A DNA stretch of 64,000 bases, taken from contig OZ024758.1 of the NCBI GenBank assembly GCA_964016885.1, positions 11,036,001 to 11,100,000 on the forward strand. Direction: 5' to 3'. Shown here in pieces: positions 1-11,529 of this stretch. Under the pieces are notes generated by a model. That model was not told where the DNA came from. It did not search any database and worked only from the letters and a program-made list of their open reading frames with translations. Source of the stretch: Eledone cirrhosa. Lineage: Eukaryota. The first letter of the stretch is position 1, and every line of letters starts with the position of its first letter. The position numbers and the translations under genes are program-made.

Positions 1-150
1 AAAATCGTTAGAGCGTCGGACAAAATACTTTGCAGTATTTGTTGCGGTACTGAGTTCAAATCCCGCCGAAGTCAACTTTGCCTTTCGTCCTGCTGGTTTA
101 AATAGAATAAAGTACCAGTCAAATACTGGGGTCCAGATGATAGACTTACT
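1..150 (+). mobile_element. tRNA-derived SINE, family S1, diverged and cut by the window edge
   Basis: GAGTTCAAATCCCGCCGAAGTCAACTTTGCCTTTC...AATAAAGTACCAGTC matches the many other S1 copies; B-box-like GAGTTCAAATCC. Confidence 0.8.
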
Positions 151-880
151 CCTACTACACCACAAACTTGAGGACTTTAGAGATAACAATAACTGGCTAT
201 GTATAGTTTTTCCTTTCTTAAATACTAACAAAACGTAGATCACTTCTGGTAGGGAGAATAATACAATAGTAATAGGGTGATAGACTTAATCCGTCATCCG
301 GTTTCAGAACCCCATCTGGTCTATGGGTGTCTTTAGCGGGGTTCAAGCTGCCCCAATTATTCGAGCTAGATCTTGGGTTTAAGGATGCCTTCCTGCTCCT
401 GTCATTCCCACCAAGTTCGGAAGACCCGAAAAGCTTTATAGGCGATACCCCTCTCTCCTTATCCAGACAGTAAAACACGCACATGCACAGTAAATGGTTT
501 AGATGTATTTTGTATTTTGTGCTGAAATCCCGTCTCCTGTCAATGGAATGGCGGTGAGGCTTCTGCTAAGAATTACGACTGTCAGATAATGTCAAATATG
601 GTAGGACAAATGGAAACATACCTGTCTTGGTCCGATCTGACAATCAACTTCTTTCTTTCAGACAATTGACAGCAACATGGACGCAAATAACTTGTATGTT
701 TACAACTGGTAGAGTTTATTCTGTCAAAGAAAATATTTTCTCGTTCAGTTTAAAGTAGCGAGTGATTTAAGATAATTGATTCTATCTTATCGAGACGAGA
801 ACTAAAAGTTGACCGCCAGCCAAACGACAGAGAGAGAAAAATGAAACTGCTTGGTCATAACTGTCAGTGCTAGAGAGAGA

Positions 881-882
<2 letters not shown>

Positions 883-921
<39 letters not shown>

Positions 922-1046
922 AGAGAGTGAGTGAGTGGGAGAAAAGTGCATGAGAGAGAGTGGTGCGTGTGTGTGAGTGATAAAGTGTGAGTATGTGAGA
1001 GAAAGAGGGAGAGAGAGAGAGAGAGCGAGAGAGAGAGAGAGAGAGA
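883..1046. repeat. (GT)n and (GA)n microsatellites
   Basis: direct reading. Confidence 0.95.
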
Positions 1047-1317
1047 TCTAGTGTCGAGCGAATTCTAAATTTTTTTAATATATTTCCTTACGACTCAATA
1101 TTCTGAGTTCAAATCCCGCAGAGTTCCATTTTACCTCACATCTTGCTGTGGTCGCTATATTACTTTCTCTCAAATATTTCATATTGTTTCTGTTTTCACC
1201 GTGGGTTACCTAAAAGAGGCAGTCACTGTTTTGTCGAAAATATTAAACCTAGCACTGTATCTTTGTGTTGGTTTTCATCAGTTCATCTCTGTATAGTCCC
1301 CAATTTCGTGCACCCTT

Positions 1318-1420
1318 ACATTCTAAGTTCAAATCCCACCGAGGTCAACTTTACCCTGTAGATTTCATCCCCCCGGGGTTTATAGAATAAAATACCAGTC
1401 AAGTACTTGTCTCAATTTAA
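1318..1420 (+). mobile_element. SINE S1 fragment; a further head fragment lies at 1100-1135
   Basis: AAGTTCAAATCCCACCGAGGTCAACTTTACC...TTTCATCC...AATAAAATACCAGTC. Confidence 0.7.
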
Positions 1421-1435
1421 TCATAGACCTATTAA

Positions 1436-1522
1436 CTCTCCCCGTCGGACTTTGGGGTGGGTAAAATCTCCCCATTTTGTATCATTTCTCCCCGTTTTGG
1501 TTTTTAGAGGTTGGCAGGTCTG
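1436..1522 (-). mobile_element. End of a hAT-like MITE (terminus GGTTGGCAGGTCTG)
   Basis: reverse complement of the element starting at 3545 (CAGACCTGCCAACCTCTAAAAACC...AAAACGGGGAGAAATG). Confidence 0.55.
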
Positions 1523-2015
1523 TAATTAACTTCACCGCACTAGTACTATCACCGCCACTACCACCACCGCCACTAATACCGCCACCACTACCACCACCAC
1601 CCACTAAAATCACCACCTCTACCACCACCACTATTACTTTATTCTTAGATATTTCCATATTAACCTGGCTATAACATAATATGTGATTTACTAAGGTTAC
1701 ATCTTATTATTTCCTTGTTTGAATTTTAGATAACTTGTTATATCGCTTTCTATATTTCTATATTTTACACTTCTACCATTCTTTATATTCCTTTCCCATT
1801 GTTAGTCTTTGTGTTGTTCTCTTTAACTCATTTCTACGCTATTTTCAGCACACATCTTCTTTCTTCTACCACAGCACAATTTACCTCTGGAGCTTATTTT
1901 TTTCAATGTTTGTATTAGATTTTCGAAACTAAACTATTTCTGGTTTTCGTATAATTTCTGTTTACTTTGCTTTGTTCGTTACAAATACGTTTTTATGTTT
2001 ATTTTATTGTTTGTC

Positions 2016-2130
<115 letters not shown>

Positions 2131-3544
2131 ATCGTTGGGGAATTGTGTATGCTTCAAATATGTTGTGATGTTATTTGGTACCATTGTTTGATCTGTCCTA
2201 GGTTTCATGTATCAGAAATAGTAGTCTTGTATAGGAGAATCTGCTGACGTTGCTGCTGTTGTTGTTGTTGTTTATGGTCTGTTGATGCTGTTGTTGTTGT
2301 TGTTGTTTATTGAAAAAAAAAACATCAGAAAAAATAACTTCTTGTCTCAGATGATTGTTCTTTTACAAAAATCTGCAGGTGTAAATTATGTTCCAATCGA
2401 ATCCAATAAAAAACAACAACGTATATTGAAAGAACATATTGATGGACGGCAGAAGGGAATGGGTCTCCTTCCGTTTCGACGAGGAGTATTACAGTTCTAT
2501 CAACTGAATAGTCCTGTTCGTGAAAAAATTAAAGTGCAAGTGGTTGAGCATTCACACCACAGATACGTGTATCCTTGCTATAATCCTCAGGGAGATTCAG
2601 TGTGACACAATGTGTGTGTGACAAGACTCGACCAAATATCACCTGTAAAGCTTCTGTCTACCTGAATCTATGGTAACTAAAGCTGCCCCAAAATATCACA
2701 CAGTGAGACTGAACACTCGGTCTTTCGACTACCTAGCATAATTTTAATTCCCATACGTTTTTTTTTTCGACTTTATGTCCATGTTCGACCTCTACATTTA
2801 TTTTCTGTCCATTGTATCATTATTAAAATGACCTAGGTTGTGTAATTTAAATAAATTAACCATAATGAACCTACCAGTTATTTTCAACTTATAGATTAGC
2901 TACACATAAACAGACTACATCCAACGACCCCCTTCTCTTACTCAACGAAACTTCATGAATGATGTAACTATGTAAAACTTATAATCTAATCGCTTTTGCA
3001 TCAGAAGACTTCATTTTCTGAATATTAAAACGTATAATAAATAGATCTTCCATAGACAAGTGGTTGTGAGGTTATTGAGAGATATATACCCGTATATATA
3101 CACATATAGAAACGTAAATAAAATTTCCAATTAATATAAAATCTATTTTAACGAGCTACAAAAATAACTTAATTAAAATTTTAACAATAGATAAATGAAT
3201 AATAATTCATGTTAATAACTTCCATATATCTCCTCATATCATCTAGTCAATAAAACTATCAAAACTATGAATAAAACTGACAAAACTGAAAGAGTATTTT
3301 CAGAAAATTTAATGAATAGAACTCAGCGACAGATAAGCTTTGAGAAATACAAACTCAATCCACACTCGAAGATGTTCTTTTTTATTTACAATGTCTACTT
3401 AACTTCAGTGACAACATTTAGGTCTAAATGAGGCTGTGGTAAAGACACTTGACCAAGTCCTAAGATATTCCGCTATAGGATTGAACCTGATGCCTCATGA
3501 TAGCAAGAAAAGAAAAAAACAATGTTAACTATACGGTCATGTAG

Positions 3545-3725
3545 CAGACCTGCCAACCTCTAAAAACCCAAACGGAGAGTACCATGAATAAAGTGGCCCA
3601 AAACGGGGAGAAATGGGGTAAAATGGGAAGATTTTACATGATGAAAGCTATACCTATTTTCACAAGAGAAGACATCTCTCACCCACCCAAAAGTGGGTGA
3701 GAGATCTCCCCGTCGGGTGGGGACA
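3545..3725 (+). mobile_element. hAT-like MITE fragment starting CAGACCTGCCAACC
   Basis: homologous to 1436-1522; CAG-starting terminus typical of hAT elements; internal hairpin TCTCTCACCCAC...GTGGGTGAGAGA. Confidence 0.5.
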
Positions 3726-3771
3726 GTTGACTGGTTTGATGTTGAATAAGTCAAACGTCATTACTACTACT

Positions 3772-4165
3772 ATTGTTGTTGTTGGTGTTGGTGGTGTTGG
3801 TGTTGGTGTTGGTGTTGTTGGTGTTGTTGTTGGTGGTGGTGTTGGTGTTGGTGGTGTTGGTGTTGGTGTTGTTGTTGGTGTTAGTGGTGGTGTTGGTGTT
3901 GGTGGTGTTGGTATTGGTGGTGTTGGTGTTGTTGGTGTTGGTGGTGTTGTTGTTGGTGTTGGTGTTGTTGGTGGTGTTGGTTGTGTTGGTGTTGTTGTTG
4001 TTGGTGTTGGTATTGTTGGTATTGTTGGTGTTGTTGGTGTTGTTGGTGTTGCTGGTGTTGGTGTTGGTGGTGATGGTGGTGTTGGTGTTGGTGGTGTTAG
4101 TGTTGTTGTGTTGGTGTTGTTGTCGTTGTTGGTGGTGTTGCTGCTGCTGCTGTTGCTGTTGTTGT
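3772..4165. repeat. compound (GTT)n/(GGT)n trinucleotide tract
   Basis: direct reading; source of the poly-V/T/P ORFs. Confidence 0.95.
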
Positions 4166-4167
4166 AA

Positions 4168-4390
4168 GGGTGGTGTATTGGCAATATCGTTAGAGCGTCG
4201 GACAAAACTGTTTTGCCACATTTGGTTCATTACTCTTTATGATCCGAGTTCAAATATTGCCGAGACTAACATTGCCTTTCAGTCTTTCTTTCCGGAATCT
4301 ATAAAATAAAGTACCAGTCACGTACTGAGGTCGATGTAAACGACTGACTTCTCACCCGAAAATTGTTGGTTTTCAGGCTAAATTAGAAAG
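4168..4390 (+). mobile_element. SINE S1, diverged copy
   Basis: TGGCAATATCGTTAGAGCGTCGGAC...GAGTTCAAAT...GCCTTTC...AAAATAAAGTACCAGTC. Confidence 0.8.
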
Positions 4391-4559
4391 ATGTTGTTGT
4401 TGTTGTTGTTGTTGTTGTTGCTGCTGCCGTCATCGTCTCGCCATCATTTTGGTAGTGGTCGTCGTTTTTCTGTGGTAGTTTGTTCAATGATGACTTCATA
4501 ACATCCAATACTGTTACAGAAGTATCAATAAACATAACTCATTATATATATTATTATAC

Positions 4560-4982
4560 AGCGGTGGATTGGCAGTATCGGTAGAGGGTCGGACGCCATG
4601 CTTTGATGCATAGAGTTACGGCCCTTTTTGATTTGAGCTCAAATCCCGCCGAGGTTAACTTTGCCTTTCATCCTTATGGGGTCGATAAAATAAAGTACCA
4701 GTCACGCACAGGGGTCGATTTAATCGAATTTCCCCTGCCCCCAAATTACTGGCCTTGTCCCTATATAAGAAACCATTATATATATTATTATACAGCGGTG
4801 GAATGGCAGTATCGGTAGAGAGTCGGACGCCATGCTTTGACGCATAGAGTTACGGCCCTTGCCATTCTGAGTTCAAATCCCGCCGAGGCTAACTTTGCCT
4901 TTCATCCTTACGGGGTCGATAAAATAAAGTACCAGTAATGTACTGAGTAATTGCTGGCCTTGTGCCTAAAATAGAAACAATT
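4560..4982 (+). mobile_element. Two tandem young SINE S1 copies (4560-4775 and 4794-4982)
   Basis: A-box-like TGGCAGTATCGGTAGAG, B-box GAGTTCAAATCC, central GCCTTTCATCCTTACGGGGTCGATAAAATAAAGTACCAG; ATTATATATATTATTATACA repeated before, between and after. Confidence 0.9.
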
Positions 4983-5405
4983 ATATATATTATTATACAA
5001 CCATTCATATTACTTATATTACCGATGCTCTTTGGAAAGACTTCGATTTCCCACTCGTTTCAACAGAATCTCCACAAACCTTTGTTTCTTGTCAGAAATC
5101 ATATTTTTTATGGTTTCGTTGAAGTTTCGTTGAAGTGGTGTTGTAAAATAAAACGAAAAAAACCGTTTGTATACATTGGACCAAGGAGACAATATTTCCA
5201 GTGATCTTTCTGGTATATATATATATATATCGTCTGCCATTTATGAGAGGCTTAGTAATGCGCCTCCTCTGGGAGGTGTGTGCCTTAGGTCGCTCCCTAG
5301 TTAGTCGTAATGTTAGTGTCGGCCCTGCAATTGAGGGGCATTTAAACGAGTGGTTCAAGTCAGAGTTTTACGCTTGAGTTTCTCTAATTTGTTTTGTGTG
5401 TGCGC

Positions 5406-5441
<36 letters not shown>

Positions 5442-5813
5442 GCGTGTGCGTGTGCGTGCGTGCGCGCGCGTGTGCGTGTGTGTGTGTTCCTTTGTTTAAA
5501 ACTGCATGGACTGGTCATATATCGATCTATCGGCTCCAAATACAATGATTGAAGCAAGAAACCTAACCTTCATTTAATCAGATCGAATATTATGTTACTT
5601 TCTTATCCCATCATACAATAGTCTTAGTAATTCGCCAGTGAATATATACACATACACACACACACTCATACACACACACACACACTCATACACATTCACA
5701 TACACACACACACACAGATAAGTCCTATCTCATTATTGATTGATGAGAGAAACGTCCAGAAAATCTCTCTCTAATCTGTTAGTAGATGTAATATGTAACG
5801 TGTTTTATAATAA

Positions 5814-6131
5814 TTGTTGGTGGTGTTGTTGTGGTGGTGTTGGTGGTTGGTGGTGGTGTTGTGGTGGTTGTGGTGTTGGTGGTTGGTGGTGGTGTTGTTG
5901 TTGCTGGTGGTGTTGTTGTTGGTGGTGGTGGTTGTGATGGTGTTGGTGGTTGTGGTGTTGGTGGTGGTGTTGTTGGTGGTGGTGGTTGGTGATGGTGGTG
6001 TTGTTGTTGGTGGTGGTTGTGGTGGTTGGTGGTGGTGGTTAGTGGTGGTGGTGTTGTTGTTATTGGTGGTGGTGGTGGTTGGTGGTGTTCTTGTTGTTGT
6101 TGGTGGTGGTGGTTTGTGGTGTTGGTTGTGG

Positions 6132-6162
<31 letters not shown>

Positions 6163-7123
6163 ATGTGGTGTTGGTGGTTGGTGGTGTTGGTTGTGGTGGT
6201 TGGTGGTGGTTAGTGGTGTTGGTTGTTGTTGTTGGTGGTGGTGGTGGTTAGTGGTGGTGGTGGTGTTGGTGGTGGTGGTGGTTGTTGGTTGTAGTTGGTG
6301 GTGGTGGTGGTTGTTGGTGTTGGTTGTTGTTGGTGGTGGTGGTGTTGTTTGTTGTTGTTGGTGGTTGTGGTGGTGTTATTTGTTGTTGTTGGTGGTGGTG
6401 GTTTTGTTTGTTGTTGTTGTTGGTGGTGGTGTTGTTTGTTGTTGTTGGTGGTGGTGTTGTTTGTTGTTGTTGGTGGTGGTGGTGTTGTTTGTTGTTGTTG
6501 GTGGTGGTGGTGGTGTTCGTGTTGTTTGTTGTTGTTGGTGGTGGTGGTGTTGTTTGTTGTTGTTGGTGGTGGTGTTGTTTGTTGTTGTTGTTGTTGTTGT
6601 TGTTGGTGGTGGTGGTGTTGTTGTTGGTGGTGGTGGTGTTGTTGTTGTTGGTGGTGGTAGTGTTCGTGTTGTTTGTTGTTGTTGGTGGTGTTGGTGTTGT
6701 TTGTTATTGTTGTTGGTGGTGGTGTTGTTTGTTGTTGGTGGTGGTATTGGTGTTGTTTGTTGTTGTTGGTGGTGGTGGTGCTCGTCGTGTTGTTTGTTGT
6801 TGTTGGTGGTGGTGGTGTTGGTGTTGTTTGTTGTTGTTGGTGGTGGTGGTGCTCGTGTTGTTTGTTGTTGTTGTTGGTGGTGGTGTTGGTGTTGTTTGTT
6901 GTTGTTGGTGGTGTTGGTGTTGGTGTTGTTTGTTGTTGTTGGTCGTGTTGGTGTTGTTGGTCGTGTTGGTGTTGTTTGTTGTTGTTTGTTGTTGTTGGTG
7001 GTGGTGGTGTTGTTGGTGTTGTTTGTTGTTGTTGGTGATGTTGTTGTTGGTGTTGTTTGTTGTTGTTGGTGGTGGTGGTGTTGGTGTTGTTTGTTGTTGT
7101 TGGTGGTGGTGGTGATGTTGTTT
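5814..7123. repeat. 1.3-kb compound (GGT)n/(GTT)n low-complexity tract
   Basis: direct reading. Confidence 0.95.
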
Positions 7124-7309
7124 TGAAGTATCATTAACTAGATATGTTTGATTGAAGACATCACGCCGTCGAAGGGGGGTGGGGGGGTTGTATAGGGAAG
7201 CTCTTCTAGCGGCTAAAATACATTACATTCTACACTCTCTCCTTCAAAGAAAAACAAAACAATCATATAACTCATATAAACATGCCTATGTACATAATAT
7301 ATACACAGT

Positions 7310-7895
7310 AGATGTGTATATATATATATGTATGTATGTATGTATATATATATATATGTATGTGTATGTATGTATGTGTGTGTGTATGTGTGCTGTTTAT
7401 TTCTTCATAGATACAACCAATTTATTTATGTAGGTTTCACACCAAAATAGAAATCTCTCTCTATATATATCATGTATATATATATGTATGTATGTGTGTG
7501 TGTATGTATGTGTATGTATGTTTGTGTGTATGTAAGTATGTAAGTATGTAAGTGTGTATGTATGTATGTGTGTAAGTATGTATGTATGTGTGTATGTATG
7601 TGTGTATGTATGTGATGTGTATATGTTTGTGTGTATGTATATATGTATGTTTGTGTGTATGTATGTATGTATGTATGTATGTATGTATGTATGTATGTAT
7701 GTATGTGTGTGTGTGTGTAAGTATGTATGTATGTATGTGCGTATGTGTGTATGTATGTATGTATGTACGTATGTGTGTATGTATGTATGTATGTATGATG
7801 TGTGTGTGTGTGTGTATGTATGTACGTATGTGCGTATGTATGTATGTATGTATGTATGTACGTATGTATGTATGTATGTGTGTGTGTATGTGTGT
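7310..7895. repeat. (ATGT)n/(GT)n compound microsatellite
   Basis: direct reading. Confidence 0.9.
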
Positions 7896-8149
7896 GAATG
7901 AGAGATAACAAGGCAACAATATACAAACATTTACAGATATGAAACTATATGAACTCAGCCATCATAAATATATGCAGATGTGTGGCTATATATGTGTATA
8001 CACCTAAGTACGAGAGAGTGTGTGCATGTGTGTATATGTATGTGTGTGTGTTATTGTGTGTTTGTCTGTGAGTGAGATGGGTAAAGAGAGAGTATGTGTA
8101 TGAATGTATATATATATATGTGTCCGTGTTAGTGAGGGTGTTTGTCTGT

Positions 8150-8440
8150 GAAAGAGGTGGGTAGAGAGAGAGGTGGAGAGGGAGAGATAGAATGTGTGAG
8201 AGAGAGAGAGCGAGAGAGCGAGATAGAAAGTGAGTTAGAGATAGAGAGAGTTAGAGATAGAGAGAGGTAGAAAGTGAGAGAGAGAGGTAGAGAGAGCGAG
8301 ATAGAAAGTGAGATAGAGATAGAGAGAGGTAGAGAGAGATAGAGAGAGAGGGAGCGAGATAGAAAGTGAGATAGAGATAGAGTGAGGTAGAAAGTGAGAT
8401 AGAGATAGAGAGAGGTAGAAGGAGAGAGAGATAGAGAGAG

Positions 8441-8514
<74 letters not shown>

Positions 8515-8515
8515 T

Positions 8516-8560
<45 letters not shown>
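8150..8560. repeat. (GA)n-rich purine tract
   Basis: direct reading. Confidence 0.95.
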
Positions 8561-8563
<3 letters not shown>

Positions 8564-9698
8564 CAATATCATCACAGAATGTTAGCTGATATCAGTCGAA
8601 ACGCTCAAATATTTATATCTTTGCTTTTATTTTCATATTTAATTTTATTTTATATTTTGTATTTATAATTTTGTTTTGAATTTCAATATGCTTCTTCATT
8701 TCGCCCTCTGCTTGATTTCTATCAGTTTATTCATTGAAATATCAAAACTGGTTTAGATTTTTACATACAGGTGTCAGCCCTTTAGCTTCAGGCCAGTTAA
8801 ATATAGAATAGAATCGACCCTCCGTCGGTTGGGGTGATGAGCATTCGGTCGGTCGAATGTGTAAGTGGTTGAGTACTCCACAGACACGAGTAATCTTAAC
8901 GTAGTTCCCATCCCAAGCCGAATCAGCTTCGCATGTGTACCAATACTTCCACTTAGTGAATTAATGTGAAAGTGGTTGAGTATTCCGCAGACACATGTCA
9001 CCTTAACGTAATTCCCAAAGCCACATCAGCCTTACACAATAAGATGGACCTTTGAATTACAACTTCTCTCAATTGGACGAGCTTCCAAGCAGTTTCTGTC
9101 TACAAACAAATTTCACTCACAAAAAACTCGAACCTGAGTTTGTGGTAAAAAATACAAAATACTTGCCTAAGCTACCAGGCAATTGGATTGAACCCAGGAC
9201 TTGATGATTGAGAACTTGTTAAGTACTTATTGATTAGCTACACCTACAGTCTCTGTGCAGTGCCAGTCATCAGTCGAATGTTTGCTGTTTTCTTAAACAT
9301 TAATAATTTAACAGAGATAATGAATATTTCTTTTTAAATCAGTTAATTTAATTATTTAATTAAGAAACCAAATAACATTTTTAAAAAATAAAAATTTATT
9401 TTTAAAGAAGAAAAAACAATTTACATGGAAAATAGATAGAATCGAATCTAGTTTTACTGATTAAATGAATAACATGTGATTGATTGTTATAGTAAACGTG
9501 TTGCTTTATATCTTACAAGATGAAAGGCAACGTTGCTGAATAGTTTTAGTAGGGGATTCCGAGATTGGGGGGGTAAAGAAGAGAAAAAGGGATATGAGAC
9601 GTGGCTTGAATGTTTACAATATCTAAAGGACCCTAATGTGTATGTTTTAACATTACATGAAATCATGAATCAATTTAAAAGAACAGCTGAATGTTCAT

Positions 9699-9950
9699 CG
9701 TTAAAACTGATGGAGGATCTATCCATAATACCCTATTGTAAAACTATAGTCGTTAAAACTGACGGAGAACCTATCTATAATACCCAATTGTAAAACTATC
9801 GTCGTTAAAACTGACGGAGAACCTATCTATAATACCCAATTGTAAAAGTATCGTTGTTAAAACTGACGGAGGACCTATCTATAATACCCAATTGTAAAAG
9901 TATCGTCTTTAAAACTGACGGAGGACCTATCTATAATACTCAAGTGTAAA
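9699..9950 (+). repeat. 52-bp minisatellite, about 5 units
   Basis: unit CGTTAAAACTGACGGAGAACCTATCTATAATACCCAATTGTAAAACTATCGT starting at 9699, 9751, 9803, 9855, 9907. Confidence 0.95.
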
Positions 9951-10659
9951 GCGACCACCACCAAATGTTTAAGTGAGGCAGTTTCTGTTGTGTTTAACTA
10001 GTTTATGAGGTCGTTAATTGCCTGTAACGATCTTTGAAGACGACAGTTTTGAAAGGGATTCCAGCTTTATAATGTATAATATATTACCTTTATCATAAAC
10101 ATAACAAGCTACATACAATTGAATTAGAATTGATGTTATTGCCTTTATTTAATTGAAGAATACGAACAAAGTCGTTGATAAGATTCTTTAGAACTCATTC
10201 AATAATTCAATTGAGTCGTACTTTATCTACGGCTTGGTTAATCAAAGACTTCGATTTATATATAGTATCCGACATTGATATGTAAAGTTAAATTGTCAAG
10301 ACATATTCCACTTCTGTAAAAAAGAGTCGTATGCTCCTACAGAAACTAGGAATGTTTATCAATTATAGCAAGAAAACTTTACGATTATGAAAAAAATACT
10401 ACTTGCTTTCTTTGAAAATATATATATATATATATAGTAAATGTAATCTGAGTTTTTCGAATATAACATTCGATTTTGCAAACAACCCTCAGTTTTAAAG
10501 CCATGTCAGTAGAATGAACACTTCATTCTTGCTCTTGTGTTGGCATGCGAACAGAATAATTTTATATTTAAACAGAATTTGATTGTTATTTATGTTTATG
10601 TTTATACATATATATATATATATTACAAGATACAAGATCTCGCATTCTTTTATTCTTTT

Positions 10660-10850
10660 CCTGGTTTCAGTGATGAGACAGCGGTCATGCTGGGGCACTA
10701 ACTTGTCAACCCAGTCAACCCAATATTTTTTTTCCTCCTTTTTGTCAACACATTTCTATAGCTAAGTGAACTGGAACTACGTGAAATAAAGTGTCTTGCT
10801 CAAGAACACAACGCACTGCACAGTTCGGAAATTGAACTCACAACCTCATG
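10660..10850 (-). mobile_element. tRNA-derived SINE family S2 fragment
   Basis: GTGAAATAAAGTGTCTTGCTCAAGAACACAACGC...GGAAATTGAACTC; homologous to 24410-24600, 40590-40825 and 37445-37555. Confidence 0.7.
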
Positions 10851-10855
10851 ATATA

Positions 10856-10909
<54 letters not shown>

Positions 10910-11066
10910 TTTGTTGGTTCACCACTGGATAGAACTGGTCATTCCGTGTGGTCAACCTCGATGGGCGGCTGACCGGGCTAGAAGCTGCTAAATGTTCGGC
11001 CGCCCTCCTGTCTCTGCTTTTCAGCCCCATGGATTTTGTCTATTATATTCCTTTGTTAAATTTCGA

Positions 11067-11124
11067 ATACCTGATGATGTCGTCGGATTCATACTGAACC
11101 CCGTCACTGAAATGATCATAGTAT
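11067..11124 (+). ncRNA. Type I hammerhead ribozyme in a (TA)n-flanked element (about 10907-11175)
   Basis: AUAC-CUGAUGA-[imperfect long stem II ending UUCA-UAC-UGAA]-GAAA-UGAUCA-UA-GUAU; stem I AUAC/GUAU, palindromic stem/loop III AUGAUCAU. Confidence 0.7.
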
Positions 11125-11224
11125 AATAAACCTTTTAAGGAATTACACCAGTCCAGCCTCCTGTTATTTTATAATATATATATATATATGTATATATGTA
11201 TATGTGTGTGTGTGTGTGTGTAAA

Positions 11225-11375
11225 AGGGGTTTCCGTATAGTTTACGTCTACCAAATTCCACTCACAAGGCATTGATCAGTACAAGACACTAAAGGAGTGA
11301 CTTGTGGTAGGACTGAACATGAAGCCACATGGTTACGAAGCGAATTCTTTAACCACATAGTCTTCCATGCCTGCG
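11225..11375 (-). mobile_element. SINE family S3 fragment
   Basis: GTCTACCAAATTCCACTCACAAGGC...TTAACCACATAG; related fragments at about 9085-9200, 13255-13485 and 62440-62580. Confidence 0.6.
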
Positions 11376-11497
11376 TCTGATATGTAAAGTTAAATATTTC
11401 AAGACATATTTCTTCTGCTTCTGTAAATAGGAGCTACATTCTACTTCTACTGAAGAAAATAGAAATGTTTATCAATTACAGCAGAAACTTTTTACGA

Positions 11498-11529
<32 letters not shown>

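Noticed and set aside
4560-4660. tRNA genes suggested by A/B boxes
   Set aside because: The boxes belong to SINE heads followed by SINE bodies; no complete cloverleaf.
9699-9950. 52-bp minisatellite as tandem hammerheads (CTGACGG...AAACTATCGTC)
   Set aside because: The core deviates (CUGACGG, GUAAAA instead of GAAA) and no convincing stem I or II forms.
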